Assembly (NCBI GenBank): GCA_029882915.1
Contig: JAOUJZ010000006.1
Span: forward strand, 2,115-66,114
DNA length: 64,000 nt
Reading direction: 5' to 3'
From: Gammaproteobacteria bacterium
GTDB taxonomy: Bacteria > Pseudomonadota > Gammaproteobacteria > Nitrosococcales > Methylophagaceae
In this document: one piece after another, positions 63,682-64,000 of the stretch
Layout: every line of letters begins with the position of its first letter
How positions within the stretch are numbered: the first letter of the stretch is position 1
The notes under the pieces: model-generated
What the model was told of the DNA's origin: nothing
What the model saw: only the letters and a program-made list of their open reading frames with translations
Databases searched by the model: none
Position numbers and translations under genes: made by a program

Positions 63682-64000
63682 TCAGTATACAAAATGTTTC
63701 GTCACAACAACTTCATTGCCCTTACCTTTATATTCAATTGAGTCAAAGCTAATCTTGCTACTCATAGCAATGCCTCGCCCATGCAGATCGAAAACTCTAT
63801 CTGGCGATATTTCCAGATAATTCTGCCAGTCAAACCCCATACCATCATCAATAATTTGAAAACTCACATTCTCTTTTGAATGTTGCACCACCACTTTTAC
63901 AAATTTATTGCGGTTTTCTGGCAACTTTTCTCTTTTATCAATTTCTTCATGCCAACGATGAGTTCGTATAAGTTCCGATTTATCTTGATAGCCGATTCCC
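63682..64000 (-). CDS. HATPase_c-type ATP-binding protein (RsbW/SpoIIAB-like anti-sigma or partner-switching kinase, or the C-terminus of a larger fusion); 5' end lies outside the window
   Basis: The frame stays open upstream of the listed TTG to the window edge (...GIGYQDKSELIRTHRWHEEIDKREKL...). The C-terminal block IIDDGMGFDW...HGRGIAM is a GHKL ATPase G1/G2-like signature. Confidence 0.5.
   Translation of the reverse strand, partial: GIGYQDKSELIRTHRWHEEIDKREKLPENRNKFVKVVVQHSKENVSFQIIDDGMGFDWQNYLEISPDRVFDLHGRGIAMSSKISFDSIEYKGKGNEVVVTKHFVY

Overview
This is a densely coded chromosomal segment: by my tally of the gaps, well over nine-tenths is coding. Protein sequences and gene order look gammaproteobacterial and moderately AT-rich. 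I cannot determine the taxon without a database search. Nearly all of the window is housekeeping, read left to right as follows.

- 1-7.1 kb: a 5'-truncated ChrA-family transporter, a 7TMR-DISM/GGDEF diguanylate cyclase, and an RND efflux pair (permease plus adaptor).
- 7.3-9.6 kb: a discrete four-gene lipid head-group cassette (PqqD-like, DUF46/CarS-like cytidylyltransferase, YbhP-like EEP phosphoesterase, PgsA-like CDP-alcohol phosphatidyltransferase).
- 9.6-13.3 kb: thpR, yaaA, a DUF4389-like gene, and TRAP permease subunits Q and M with no binding-protein gene.
- 13.3-16.5 kb: an 819-aa membrane-embedded spermidine-synthase-like protein paired with a signal-peptide-bearing Pcm.
- 16.6-20.4 kb: the complete EF-P beta-lysylation module (epmA, efp, epmB) and a small citrate synthase-family gene.
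- 20.7-23.7 kb: an orphan fccB followed by an uncharacterised 585-aa protein.
- 23.8-34.9 kb: one long minus-strand string, lipA-lipB-ybeD-dat-dacA-rlpA-mltB-rodA-mrdA-mreD-mreC-mreB.
- 35.0-39.5 kb: gatC-gatA without gatB, an acetolactate-synthase-like TPP enzyme, a TlpA-like thioredoxin, and rpmB-rpmG.
- 39.7-44.5 kb: an ABC-2/GldG-like/DUF4340 transporter operon that runs straight into mutM.
- 44.5-48.5 kb: a cold-shock protein, a monohaem cytochrome c, rluD, and a stand-alone EF-G paralogue.
- 48.7-63.4 kb: a complete 14-gene nuoA-N operon plus a trailing DUF2818-like gene.
- 63.7-64.0 kb: a 5'-truncated RsbW-like HATPase gene.

I saw no rRNA, tRNA, IS element, integrase, phage gene or CRISPR array, but this was an inspection of the gaps by eye only. 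The regions most worth follow-up are the 7.3-9.6 kb lipid cassette, the spermidine-synthase-like/exported-Pcm pair, and the fccB plus unknown-protein pair. A smaller curiosity is that mreC seems to start at a non-canonical ATC codon.

All family assignments rest on motifs I can read in the supplied translations and on recalled family signatures. No BLAST or HMM search was possible.
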